In this document: positions 1 to 8,639 of the stretch, piece after piece
Layout of the letters: each line of letters begins with the position of its first letter
Numbering within the stretch: the first letter of the stretch is position 1
From: an uncultured Trueperaceae bacterium
Lineage (GTDB): Bacteria > Deinococcota > Deinococci > Deinococcales > Trueperaceae
Assembly (NCBI GenBank): GCA_963727505.1
Contig: CAVSGP010000002.1
Span: 1 to 64,000, forward strand
Direction of reading: 5' to 3'
Length of the DNA stretch: 64,000 nt
Position numbers and translations under genes: made by a program
The notes under the pieces: model-generated
What the model saw: only the letters and a program-made list of their open reading frames with translations
What the model was told of the DNA's origin: nothing
Databases searched by the model: none

Positions 1-1
1 C

Positions 2-94
2 CGGGAGGAAGCGCAGACCGAGCTGCGACAGCAGGCGGGCCGCCAGTTCGACCCGGACCTCATCGCCATCTTTCTGGAGCAGGTGCTCGACTAG
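2..94 (+). CDS. 3' end of an HD-GYP domain protein (partial)
   Basis: Frame from position 2 reads REEAQTELRQQAGRQFDPDLIAIFLEQVLD*. G.QFDP is the typical HD-GYP C-terminus and also occurs in 23018..24160. Confidence 0.7.
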   Translation, partial: REEAQTELRQQAGRQFDPDLIAIFLEQVLD

Positions 95-111
95 CACGCC
101 CCCCCAACGAG

Positions 112-573
112 CTACGCGACCCGCCACGGCAAGACCCCGCCCTCGTGATGCGTCGGGCCGGGATGCACCGGAAGTCCGGCATCCAGATCTTCGGGATGCA
201 CGTGCACGATGTGCACGCGTCCCTCGGTGTGGGTCTCGGTGAGCACCACGGCGTAGCGCGGAGACGGCGGGTCCATGTGCCCCTGGGGGTCGAGGTCGAT
301 CGCCGCGCGGGCCTCCGTCTGCCAACCCGTCTCCAGGTCCGGCGCGTCTTCGACGGTGGTGACGAGCAGTTGCTGCGCCGCGCGTTCCAGCGGCGCCCCG
401 CGCTCGGGGTGTGGCACGACCAACCGCCCACCGCGGCCGGGCAGACCGGCGTACAGGCCGAGCGTGGACGCCTCCACACCTTCGGCCAGTACGTTGCCGG
501 CACCGGCGATCATCAGCAGAACGATGGCGACGACAAGCTCGACGATCTTGCTGGCAGACAGTCGTTGACACAT
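112..573 (-). CDS. Hypothetical exported/membrane-anchored protein
   Basis: 153-aa ORF with GAGGAGG RBS and hydrophobic N-terminus ending VLA-E. Contains LYAGLPGRGGRL, similar to a motif in 3246..3971. Confidence 0.6.
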   Translation of the reverse strand: MCQRLSASKIVELVVAIVLLMIAGAGNVLAEGVEASTLGLYAGLPGRGGRLVVPHPERGAPLERAAQQLLVTTVEDAPDLETGWQTEARAAIDLDPQGHMDPPSPRYAVVLTETHTEGRVHIVHVHPEDLDAGLPVHPGPTHHEGGVLPWRVA

Positions 574-929
574 GCGGCCTCCTCAGGCTTCCGAGCGGAG
601 CGCACGCCGCCCGGAAAGGATGTGCCGATCACGCTAGGCAACGCCGCCATGAGAACCCCTGGAGGAGCCTAAACGCCGCGTATCACCGCCCACTCACGAC
701 GTCACACATGCGCACGGGAGCGGCAATCAGTGGCTCACGACCCTCCCATGCGAACCCTTCATGGAACCATCGGCGCGCACGATACCCCAGACCGAACATC
801 TCGCACGCCACGAAATGCCAGCCCCAACGGAACCGGCTCCGCTTGCAGACCTCACTGCCGTCCACGGACGCGACCCATCCCCAGCGTGCGCTTCAGCGAA
901 AGAGCTGTTGGGAGGTGAGTACGACGTTG

Positions 930-1475
930 TCAGAGAACGGCGATGCTGGCCAAGAGATGCGTGAAGTGAAGCGTCGCGTTGGTGCTGGTGCCGCCTTGGA
1001 CAGTGGCCCCGATCCAAAGCCGTCCCTGGTTGGCGGCGATGGCGAGAACCTTGCCGCCAAGGTGGATGGGTTGGGTGTTGCCATCGGCGGGCAGCGTGAC
1101 GGCGCTGGAGATGCTCGTCTCTTGAGCAGAAGGGCAGGCGTAGTAGGTGTTGGTGAGATTGGTAACCGGCGTGCAGTTGGGATCGGTGCTGGGGTTGGTG
1201 GCACGGCCATAGAACGTGAAGGTCGTGTCGTTCATGAGGCCGCTGGCACTGGCATCGCCATCGATCGTGGCGCTCGCGACGTGGAGGTTGGCTTTCTGGA
1301 AGGCGCTGGGATCCGCCGGGTAGAGGACGTCGCCTTGGGTGTTCGTGATAACGCCGAGATCGATGGTGACGTCTTGCAAGGTGACCTTGACGGGGAGGTT
1401 CTGACAGGCGGTGATCACGAGGGTCATAGCGGCAAGCGCGGAGAGAGCGAGGGCGCGGACGGAGTGCTTGGTCAT
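930..1475 (-). CDS. Hypothetical lipoprotein
   Basis: Start MTKHSVRALALSALAAMTLVITA-C (lipobox) after a GAGGAGG RBS; Thr/Asn-rich, beta-type mature region. Confidence 0.75.
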   Translation of the reverse strand: MTKHSVRALALSALAAMTLVITACQNLPVKVTLQDVTIDLGVITNTQGDVLYPADPSAFQKANLHVASATIDGDASASGLMNDTTFTFYGRATNPSTDPNCTPVTNLTNTYYACPSAQETSISSAVTLPADGNTQPIHLGGKVLAIAANQGRLWIGATVQGGTSTNATLHFTHLLASIAVL

Positions 1476-1657
1476 GAGTGGGCCTCCTCGAGGTTGGGGC
1501 GGTTCACACGGTGAGTTGGTGACGTGACGCGACGGTAGTGAGCACATCGAAGACGCCCGTCAGAATGACCGAACCGTCCTAATCTGGATGTAGTCTCCGT
1601 TCCCACGGGAACGGCGGACCAAGACCGGGTGAACCGTCTGTAGGTCCTGGGGAAACC

Positions 1658-1776
1658 GGAGGCCTCGATCCCGCGGGACGCACCAGACCGAAGGCCCGGC
1701 GCCAGACCACCAGGTCGCGCTGAAGGACCGACATTACCGCCGGAAACACCGACAATCACGCCAAGCCAGGAGCCTT
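1658..1776. repeat. Diverged copy of the left arm of the amn-3'-end junction repeat (no core)
   Basis: 1658-1732 vs 4416-4490: 64/75 identical, ungapped (by eye). Weaker similarity continues to about 1776. Confidence 0.85.
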
Positions 1777-1894
1777 CTATCGGCTCGACTATCGCATCCC
1801 CGACAACCTCAGCTTCGCGGAGCGCTGCGATCGGTGAGAGCGGCGCTGAGAATCGAGCCCCTGGCATCCAGGAGACAGGACGGGGCCGGTGCTG

Positions 1895-2956
1895 CTAGGG
1901 GAGCAGCTTGGCGGTGTAGGAGTAGGGTCCGCCGCTGCTGCAGGTAGCGCCGGGGTCGGAGGTCGTGTACTGCCCGCTGCCGCCGGCGATCGGGAAATCG
2001 CTGGTCTTGAAGTAGCCCGGGCCGATGGCGCTGCTACCGAAGCTGGAGAGGGTCAGGGTGCCGTCGTTGTTATCGGTGATGCTCTTGAACGGCGTGCCGG
2101 GCATGTACCCGAGCTGGCTGGGGTACTGGTCGAAATGGAAGCGGGTGTAGCCGCTGAGCGGGTTGCCGTTGGCGTCGAAGTAGAGGCCGAAGACGCCGCC
2201 GCTGCGGACCGCCATGGCGGCGGGGTCGGTGGTGCCGTCGACGACCAGGTAGCGCTTTAGGGCGGGAGCGGTGTCGCCGGGCGCGGCGGCCAGGTCGGGG
2301 TAGCCGAGGCACACGAAGGGGCCGCTGGGGGCGGTGGGGGTGGTGGTGTTGGCGGCGCGAGCGCAACCGCTGAACCCCACCGTGACCCGCTTCGGGTTAC
2401 GGGTGCCGCTGTTGTCGAGGCTGACCAGGCCCGCGGCGGTGGGGTCGGTGACGAAGGTGTTGCCGCCGATGACCGCCTGGCCGGTGACGTCGGCAGTGTA
2501 GTCGATCGGGTTGCTGGTGCTGCTGCCGCCCTGGCCGCTGGTGCAGGTGACCACGTGGACGGTGTCGTAGGTGCCGGCAGCGGCCTGCGCGGTGGTGTTG
2601 ATGAGGTCCTGGAAGGCCTGCAGGTTGTGGGCGAGATCGACCTTGCAGGCGTTCGGGTCGCCGCTGGGGTCGCAGTGGAAGAGCTCGGTCTGGCCGCCGC
2701 TGCCGCTGTCGGTCAGGACGATCTGCAGGATGGGGACCTTCAGATGGATCGGCGTGAAGCTCTGCACCTGGGCGGTCTGGCTCTGCGGGGTGAGGATGGC
2801 CTGGTTAGTGAGGCTGGCGGGCTGGACGGTGGCGCTCTGGGCGCTGCTGCTCTGCACGTGCAGCGTCACCTGGACCAGGTCGTGCAGGAAGTCTGGGTCG
2901 TTGAGCAGCGCTTCACGCGCCGCCGTGTTCGAGGTCGTATCGTTAGTGAGAGCCAT
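1895..2956 (-). CDS. Chimeric ORF: IS256-like transposase N-terminus fused to a Cys/Thr-rich secreted-type protein
   Basis: First ~32 aa (MALTNDTTSNTAAREALLNDPDFLHDLVQVTL) resemble IS256-family N-termini. The remainder has paired Cys and extracellular-type composition but no signal peptide. Confidence 0.55.
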   Translation of the reverse strand: MALTNDTTSNTAAREALLNDPDFLHDLVQVTLHVQSSSAQSATVQPASLTNQAILTPQSQTAQVQSFTPIHLKVPILQIVLTDSGSGGQTELFHCDPSGDPNACKVDLAHNLQAFQDLINTTAQAAAGTYDTVHVVTCTSGQGGSSTSNPIDYTADVTGQAVIGGNTFVTDPTAAGLVSLDNSGTRNPKRVTVGFSGCARAANTTTPTAPSGPFVCLGYPDLAAAPGDTAPALKRYLVVDGTTDPAAMAVRSGGVFGLYFDANGNPLSGYTRFHFDQYPSQLGYMPGTPFKSITDNNDGTLTLSSFGSSAIGPGYFKTSDFPIAGGSGQYTTSDPGATCSSGGPYSYTAKLLP

Positions 2957-3069
2957 CGTCCGCCTCCAACTGGGTTTGTTAGCGCTTCCCATTCTTGGAG
3001 GACGATGGCTCACTACCTGTGAATCAGGACCGAACCCCACAATTTGCACACCCTATTGGACGCAACCCC
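2861..3069 (-). mobile_element. IS256-family left-end remnant
   Basis: Minus strand GGGGTTGCGTCCAATAGGGTGTGCAAATT resembles an IS256-type terminal IR, followed by GGAGG RBS and a transposase-like N-terminus that is truncated. Confidence 0.55.
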
Positions 3070-3245
3070 TCGAAGGGAGCGATGAGGCCGACGTGAACGC
3101 GTTGAAGCGCGTGGTCATGGGGATGCGTGCGGGGTCGTGGGCGAGGCACATGAACGACGTTGAAGCTCGCGCTCCGGGTTCTCACCGTGGCGCGTCCTAG
3201 CGTGGGCGCGGCTCGCCGCAAGGCTCGAGCCGGAAGGAGGACGTC

Positions 3246-3971
3246 ATGAAACGAATCGTGCTACTCCTCGCAGCTCTCGCAGTTCCCGGCGTGGCGGCCG
3301 CCGCCAACGGCACCGGGCACGCCGTGACCAGCGCTACCATCGCGTTCTACAGCGGCTTCCCGAGCTCCGGAGGCACGCTGTTGGTGAAGGCCCACGGTCA
3401 GTCGGACGTGGAAACCTCCGCCCAGAAGGTGATCGCCAAGGCCGACTCCGTGGTCATCACCATGACCGGGAAGACCTACACCTTCGCGCTCGATCAGGCC
3501 GCCAAGGCCAAGGGGCAGGCCGAGGTCGACGTGAAGGGTGCCCTGCAGGCGTCCGCGCACGGCAAGGCCAAGCTCGCCGCGGTCCTCCAGGAGCTGGCGC
3601 AAGCCCAGACCGGGCAGCAATCGCTGGTGGTGCTGAGCCGCGCCCAGGGCAGCGGGCACGTCGTGCTGGCCCTGTACCACCCCGACGGCGGGAACGCCGG
3701 GATGCGCGTGCAGAACGCCGACCAGGCCACAGTCTGGGTCAAAGGCAAGGCGAAGACCTACCGGGTGACCGCCGACGGTAGCGGCGGCGTGATGTCGAGC
3801 CTGAAGCTCCGGGCGCAGGGCGGGCAGAAGACGACGCTGACCTCCACCGTCGCCGACCTGGAGACGCACGCCAGCCTGAACGCCAGCAGCTCCAGCAGCA
3901 GCAGCGGCGGCGGTCGTGACAGCAGCAGCGCGAGCGCCGGCCTCAACGTCAGCGTCGGTGGGAGCAACTGA
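3246..3971 (+). CDS. Hypothetical secreted protein
   Basis: AAGGAGG RBS, signal peptide MKRIVLLLAALAVPGVAAA, Ser-rich tail; followed by a strong hairpin. Confidence 0.8.
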   Translation: MKRIVLLLAALAVPGVAAAANGTGHAVTSATIAFYSGFPSSGGTLLVKAHGQSDVETSAQKVIAKADSVVITMTGKTYTFALDQAAKAKGQAEVDVKGALQASAHGKAKLAAVLQELAQAQTGQQSLVVLSRAQGSGHVVLALYHPDGGNAGMRVQNADQATVWVKGKAKTYRVTADGSGGVMSSLKLRAQGGQKTTLTSTVADLETHASLNASSSSSSSGGGRDSSSASAGLNVSVGGSN

Positions 3972-4003
3972 CCCAGCCCTAGCTCACACCGGCAACGCAA
4001 GCA

Positions 4004-4038
4004 CGTCTGTCCCCGCGGGCTCACCGCGGGGACAGACG
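4004..4038 (+). terminator. 15-bp stem-loop downstream of 3246..3971
   Basis: cgtctgtccccgcgg-gctca-ccgcggggacagacg; no clear U tract. Confidence 0.55.
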
Positions 4039-4110
4039 CCTATGTGCCCCCTCCCTCACGCCGCCGCGCCTGCCCGCGTGGATCCGGCGGGCGGCGTGGA
4101 TATCAAGAAG

Positions 4111-4334
4111 ATCCGCGCGTGGAAGAGGCGGCTATTGGAAGGCGCCATCGACATGTTCACCTCCAACGCGGAGCGCCAGCGTGACCAGGAGTAGGCAAGC
4201 CAGGAGTTGCACGCCACGTTCGGCGAGCTGACCTTGGAGCACGGCTCCTTGTTCGGCAAGCTCAAGCGCTAGCAGCGCCCAAACGGGAGGCCATGGTCGA
4301 TGGCCACGCCCACCTGCCGTTCCCACGACAATGA
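4111..4334 (+). pseudogene. IS3-family transposase remnant (orfA end with internal stop, orfB start)
   Basis: IRAWKRRLLEGAIDMF...QE*ASQELHATFGELTLEHGSLFGKLKR* followed by MVDGHAHLPFPRQ*, resembling the IS3-family OrfA C-terminus and OrfB N-terminus. Confidence 0.7.
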
Positions 4335-4415
4335 ACCGATCCGCAGACGAAAGCGTACGTCCAGCGCTGAACGCTCGAGAAGCTGACAAGGGAATAGGAG
4401 CATCCCCGGTTTGCT

Positions 4416-4625
4416 GGAGGCCTCATTCTCACGAGACGAACCAGACCGAAGGCTGGACGCCAGACCGCCAGGTCGCGCTGAAGGGCCGACCCAACCGCCA
4501 GCAATCACGTAAGGCGCCAGACCTTGACCACCCACCGAAGAATCATCGCCCTACCAGCGGTTGTGCCAATGGCCTAGTTTTTACGTCTCGCACGGGGTTC
4601 TTGCGAACATTCTTCCGGGCTTGGC
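4416..4625. repeat. att-like junction copy C (left arm, 44-bp core 4524-4567, right arm)
   Basis: Core 41/44 identical to 12968-13011; right arm about 41/58 identical to 11364-11420. Confidence 0.85.
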
Positions 4626-5087
4626 ATGAAGCTGTCAACTCCCAACGCAAACGTGCGAGCGCGCACTCGCGTCTGGAACTAGCCAACCCAAGCTCCCTCA
4701 GTCGCTACGCACTCCAGAACCGCGGCCAGAATGGCGGGCCAATGGAACCGCACCACCTGGCTTCGAGAGCCACCCACCGCGAACCCGGGGCACGTCTCCG
4801 TGGTCATACCTCCTACCCCATGGAGCGTGACTCAACCGCAGGGATGTTGCTGGAATGGTCTCTTCGACGCAAGCCGAGGTTCCGCAGGACAAGCCGCGAC
4901 GCCAGGCATAACCCCGGGTTCACTCGTTGCGCTTTGGCACCGGCCCCGCGAGATGCGCCATCCTCTTCGGTCCCATGGACTCGAGACCCATGCGTTCGGC
5001 TGCCCATGGAACTGCCGCAACCCTGCTTCAGCCCCGGGATTCGCGTCGCGACGACGCAAGCAATCAAGCCCGGCCGCGCTCTGCCGG

Positions 5088-7394
5088 TCAAGGCATGGGC
5101 GAAAATCGGACAAGCAGAGCATCGTTCGACGACGCTGTTGGATGCGACCCTCCGGTGCTGTCGGCGGAGGTCATCGTGCCGCTCGTAGCGACATACACGT
5201 CACCATCGCGCGCGAACGCCATCGACACCGGCTTCTCCCCGTCGCTCACCCCGAACTGCCGCACGAAGGCGCCGTTGCCGGCAGGACTGAAATCACGCAC
5301 GAACGAACGCCACGGCCGAACTTTCGCGTCGGAGCTCGCGAGGTCCTGGTTGCTCCACCCCCCCACCAGCACGCGGCCGTCGGAGTCCACCGCCACCGCG
5401 TAGCCGAACACCGCTCCATCGTGACCGAACTGCCGGAGCCAGGCGAGGTTGCCGTTGCGATCGAAGTGCAGCAGGAAGCCGTCGATGTTGCCGCTGTTCA
5501 CCTGCCCCGGCAGGCTGCCGTAGGTGTAGCCGGTGACGTAGCTGCCGCCATCTCGACCGGGGGTGACGGCGTAGGCGAAGTCGGCGCCCTCGCTACCGAA
5601 CTGCCGCAACCACACCCGCTCCCCGTTGTTGTCGAACTCGCCGACGAAACCGTCCGCCGCACCCAGGGAACGGTTGGTTGGCAAGGCACCGGTCGCGACG
5701 CCCGTGACCAGGACCTGCCCCGCCACATCGGTGGCGATCCCGTTGATCTTGTCCGCCCCGGGGCCGCCGAACTGCTGCTGCCACACCAGATCACCGCTCG
5801 CGTCGTACTTCGCCAGGAAGGCGTCGCTATCCCCTCCGGCATACCGCTGCCCGGCCAGGGTGCCGTTGGTGTCCCCCGCCACGAGCACGTTGCCCGTCGG
5901 GTCGACCGCCACGCTTCGCGCGAAGTCCGACCCCGTCGTGCCGAACTGACGGAGCCACGCCAACGCTCCGTCCGGCGTGAGCTTGGCCAGGAACGCATCC
6001 CCGGAACCCACACTGTCCCCCATCGGCATGCGGTTGCTGGTGTAACCGCTGACGTACGCGTCGCCCTGAGCGTCCACGGCCACGCCCGTGGCGCGGTCGA
6101 AGCCCTTGCTCCCGAACTGCCGCAACCACAGCCGCGTGCCACCGGCGCCGTACGCGGCCACGAACACGTCGCTCTCCCCCGCGCTCGATGTGCCAGGCAT
6201 CGTGCCGCTCGTCGTTCCGGCTACCACGACCGACCCGTCGGCGCGCACCGCCACCCCCGTGGCATGGTCGGCGGCGTCGCTGCCGAACTGCGCCACCCAG
6301 CGCGCCCCGATCGACGCCGCCGTCGCCACCCGCGCCGACGGGGCCGCCGACGTGCCCGACGCACGGGAGGAGGAAGCTCCCCCGGCGGCGGCTCCAGGCT
6401 GGCTTGACGACGCCGAAGACGAGGCCGTTGACGCCGGCGCGGATGACGACGATGGGGACGGCGCCGGGGACGACGCGGGGGACGACGCGGGGGACGACGA
6501 GCTCGGCGCTGCGGCCGCTGCGGCGGCGGCCTGCGCCGCAGGCGCCTCCACCGCCGGCGGCAGCGTCGTCAGGAGCCCCGTCACCGCGACCACCTCGAGC
6601 AACACCAACGACTCGAACCGCAACGCCCCGCGGAAGCGCTCCGCCCGGCCCGCCTGGAAGAACAGCGGCAACCCCCGCACCCGGTGCGACGCGGCCAGCA
6701 CGAGCACCACAAGGAACAACCCGTGCTTCAACAGGAGCGTGCGGCCGTACGGCGTCGTCACGAACGCGGCGATCCCGAACAACTCCGCCACCGCCGCCAG
6801 GATGCCCGTCGCCAGCACCACCACCACGCACCACAGCGCCAAGCGCGACAGCCGCCGCGCCGCCACGGCCAGAGCCGGCTCCTCCTCCGGCTGCCACGAC
6901 GGCAACCACGCCAGCATCGCCACCGACCCCACCCACAGCAGGCCCGTTGCCAGGTGAGCGGCGTCGCTCGCCAATAGGAGCCGGCTCCCCGTCGCCGCGG
7001 CATGGCTCACCAACGCGATCGCGACCACCAGCCCCGCGGACGCCGGGACCGCGATCGCCAACGACCACCCCGGCGCCCGCTGCGCCAGCCGCCCGCCCAC
7101 CACCAGCAGGGCTGCGAGCACGACGCGGACCAGCACCATCCACCCCGGCAACGTGGTGACCAGATAGCTCACCACCGTCGCTAGCGTCGGCGCACCCAGC
7201 GCCGCGCGCAGCGACGACACCACCTGCGCGAACCCCACCACCGCTACCAGCACCGCGCCCACCCACAACGCGACGTGCTGGCGCTGCCGATGGACCGGCG
7301 CGACCAGCGAGCGCCCGATCGTCGATGGGAACAGGGCCGCCCCGATCAGCAGAGCGGAGCCGAGCAACAACCAGGCCTGCAGCGCGCTCGTCAA
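5088..7394 (-). CDS. CopD-family copper membrane protein fused to a C-terminal beta-propeller (SBBP-like repeats)
   Basis: Multi-TM N-terminus with SHAA, DAAHLATGLLWVGS, TPYGRTLLLK (CopD-like); Pro/Ala/Ser linker; repeated W.RQFG....D.A.GVAVD..G units. Confidence 0.8.
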   Translation of the reverse strand: MTSALQAWLLLGSALLIGAALFPSTIGRSLVAPVHRQRQHVALWVGAVLVAVVGFAQVVSSLRAALGAPTLATVVSYLVTTLPGWMVLVRVVLAALLVVGGRLAQRAPGWSLAIAVPASAGLVVAIALVSHAAATGSRLLLASDAAHLATGLLWVGSVAMLAWLPSWQPEEEPALAVAARRLSRLALWCVVVVLATGILAAVAELFGIAAFVTTPYGRTLLLKHGLFLVVLVLAASHRVRGLPLFFQAGRAERFRGALRFESLVLLEVVAVTGLLTTLPPAVEAPAAQAAAAAAAAPSSSSPASSPASSPAPSPSSSSAPASTASSSASSSQPGAAAGGASSSRASGTSAAPSARVATAASIGARWVAQFGSDAADHATGVAVRADGSVVVAGTTSGTMPGTSSAGESDVFVAAYGAGGTRLWLRQFGSKGFDRATGVAVDAQGDAYVSGYTSNRMPMGDSVGSGDAFLAKLTPDGALAWLRQFGTTGSDFARSVAVDPTGNVLVAGDTNGTLAGQRYAGGDSDAFLAKYDASGDLVWQQQFGGPGADKINGIATDVAGQVLVTGVATGALPTNRSLGAADGFVGEFDNNGERVWLRQFGSEGADFAYAVTPGRDGGSYVTGYTYGSLPGQVNSGNIDGFLLHFDRNGNLAWLRQFGHDGAVFGYAVAVDSDGRVLVGGWSNQDLASSDAKVRPWRSFVRDFSPAGNGAFVRQFGVSDGEKPVSMAFARDGDVYVATSGTMTSADSTGGSHPTASSNDALLVRFSPMP

Positions 7395-7398
7395 CGGC

Positions 7399-7890
7399 TC
7401 AGCCGCCCGACGCGACCGTGAACACCACGATCCCGTGCGTCACATGCGTGTCCACCGACAAGGCACGCCAAACCAGCACGTAGGTTCCCGGCGACAGATT
7501 CTTCGCGAGCTCGATCGTCACGTTCTTCGCCGCGCCCGCCGGATGCGCCAGCCCGGTATCCACCCGGCCCTTCCCCTTGCCCTTGTTCGCCATCACCCCG
7601 TCCGCGAGCTGCGCCGCCAGCGCGTGCACCCGCAAGCTGCGATCGTGCGCGCTCTCGCCCGCCTTGGCGGGCACCGACAAGGGAAGCACCACGAACAAGC
7701 TGAAGCGCTTCTGCACCGCCTCCGTGAAGGCGAGCTGCAGCGAGGCCGGCGCGCTCCCCAATACAGCGCCATCGGCTGGCGCCGACGCCGTCAGGTGGGA
7801 GTGCGCCCAGGCCGGCACCGCAAGGCTCAAGGCCAGGAAGGCGAGGAGCCAACGAAGCGACGACGACGCGCCCATACGCACCGGCCTCAC
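7399..7890 (-). CDS. copC: Copper resistance protein CopC
   Basis: Signal peptide, mature N-terminal H-SHLTASAPADGA, C-terminal Y.LVWRALSVDTHVTHG. Confidence 0.88.
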   Translation of the reverse strand: MRPVRMGASSSLRWLLAFLALSLAVPAWAHSHLTASAPADGAVLGSAPASLQLAFTEAVQKRFSLFVVLPLSVPAKAGESAHDRSLRVHALAAQLADGVMANKGKGKGRVDTGLAHPAGAAKNVTIELAKNLSPGTYVLVWRALSVDTHVTHGIVVFTVASGG

Positions 7891-8315
7891 GGGAACGTGA
7901 TCGAGGACGCCTGCGCGACCTCGTCGCTCTGGAACGTCACATCGACCTGCGTCGAGCCGATGTAGCCATGCACCCTCAACGCATAGACACCGGGTCGCGA
8001 CAGGATGAACGGCGACGTGTAGTGACCCGGCGACCCGTCCACCGCCGCCAACGGCAACGACCTCGACGACGACCCGTCAGGAGCCAGGATCGTCACGTCC
8101 AGGCTCTTCTCCAAGTTGTCCACCGGCTGCTTGTCCGCACTCGTCTGCACGATCAGGTCCAGCCCGTTCAACGTATCCGTCACCGGCGGCTCGTTCACGA
8201 ACCCCAGCAGCACGTCGTACGGACCCACCGTCTTCAACTCGTGCGCCGACGCCCCCGACACCAGCGCGGCCAGGAACACCGTCACCACCAACGCGATCGC
8301 GCGCTTCATCGCCAT
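7887..8315 (-). CDS. Secreted protein with N-terminal His after signal peptide (candidate Cu-binding, Ig-like)
   Basis: AGGAGG RBS; MAMKRAIALVV...ASA-HE; GFVNEP and PGHY..PG.Y motifs; overlaps the copC start. Confidence 0.75.
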   Translation of the reverse strand: MAMKRAIALVVTVFLAALVSGASAHELKTVGPYDVLLGFVNEPPVTDTLNGLDLIVQTSADKQPVDNLEKSLDVTILAPDGSSSRSLPLAAVDGSPGHYTSPFILSRPGVYALRVHGYIGSTQVDVTFQSDEVAQASSITFP

Positions 8316-8639
8316 CGTCTCCTCCTGGGGGCACACCCGACATCGCCCCGCCATGTCTCGTGCTGGGCATGATACCGGAACCAGGCTCGTGCACCCCAGG
8401 CTCACCTACCCAACGGCCGGTCCTTTGCAGCCGCCACGCCATCTCGAAGCGCCATGCCAACGTCTGCCAGGAGGCCCCCCAGAGCGCATGGGCTTCCGGA
8501 AACAGCATGGCGATCGCTAACCAAGGCTCTCCGGAGCTTCGCCGTTGCTGCGTAGTGATCGCCATGCGCGATCTTGCATCGGCGAGAGATGCAGCCAACA
8601 CACCAGACCCTCGCCGCGACGTCGAGACTTGGAGTTGCC

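Noticed and set aside
700..810. Short matches to junction arms (cgcacggg, catgcgaac.cttc, ccagaccgaa, tctcgcacg) as the distal att site
   Set aside because: Order and spacing do not match the arms and no core is present; may be chance or very decayed.
1597..1614. Match ccgttcccacg shared with 4317-4327 as an extension of the arm repeat
   Set aside because: Only 11 bp, spacing to the arm differs, and the 4317 copy lies within the IS3 remnant.
6400..6560. Short tandem repeats (ggggacgacgc) in the copD linker as a contingency locus
   Set aside because: In-frame 12-bp units encoding a Ser/Pro/Ala linker; no frameshift potential evident.
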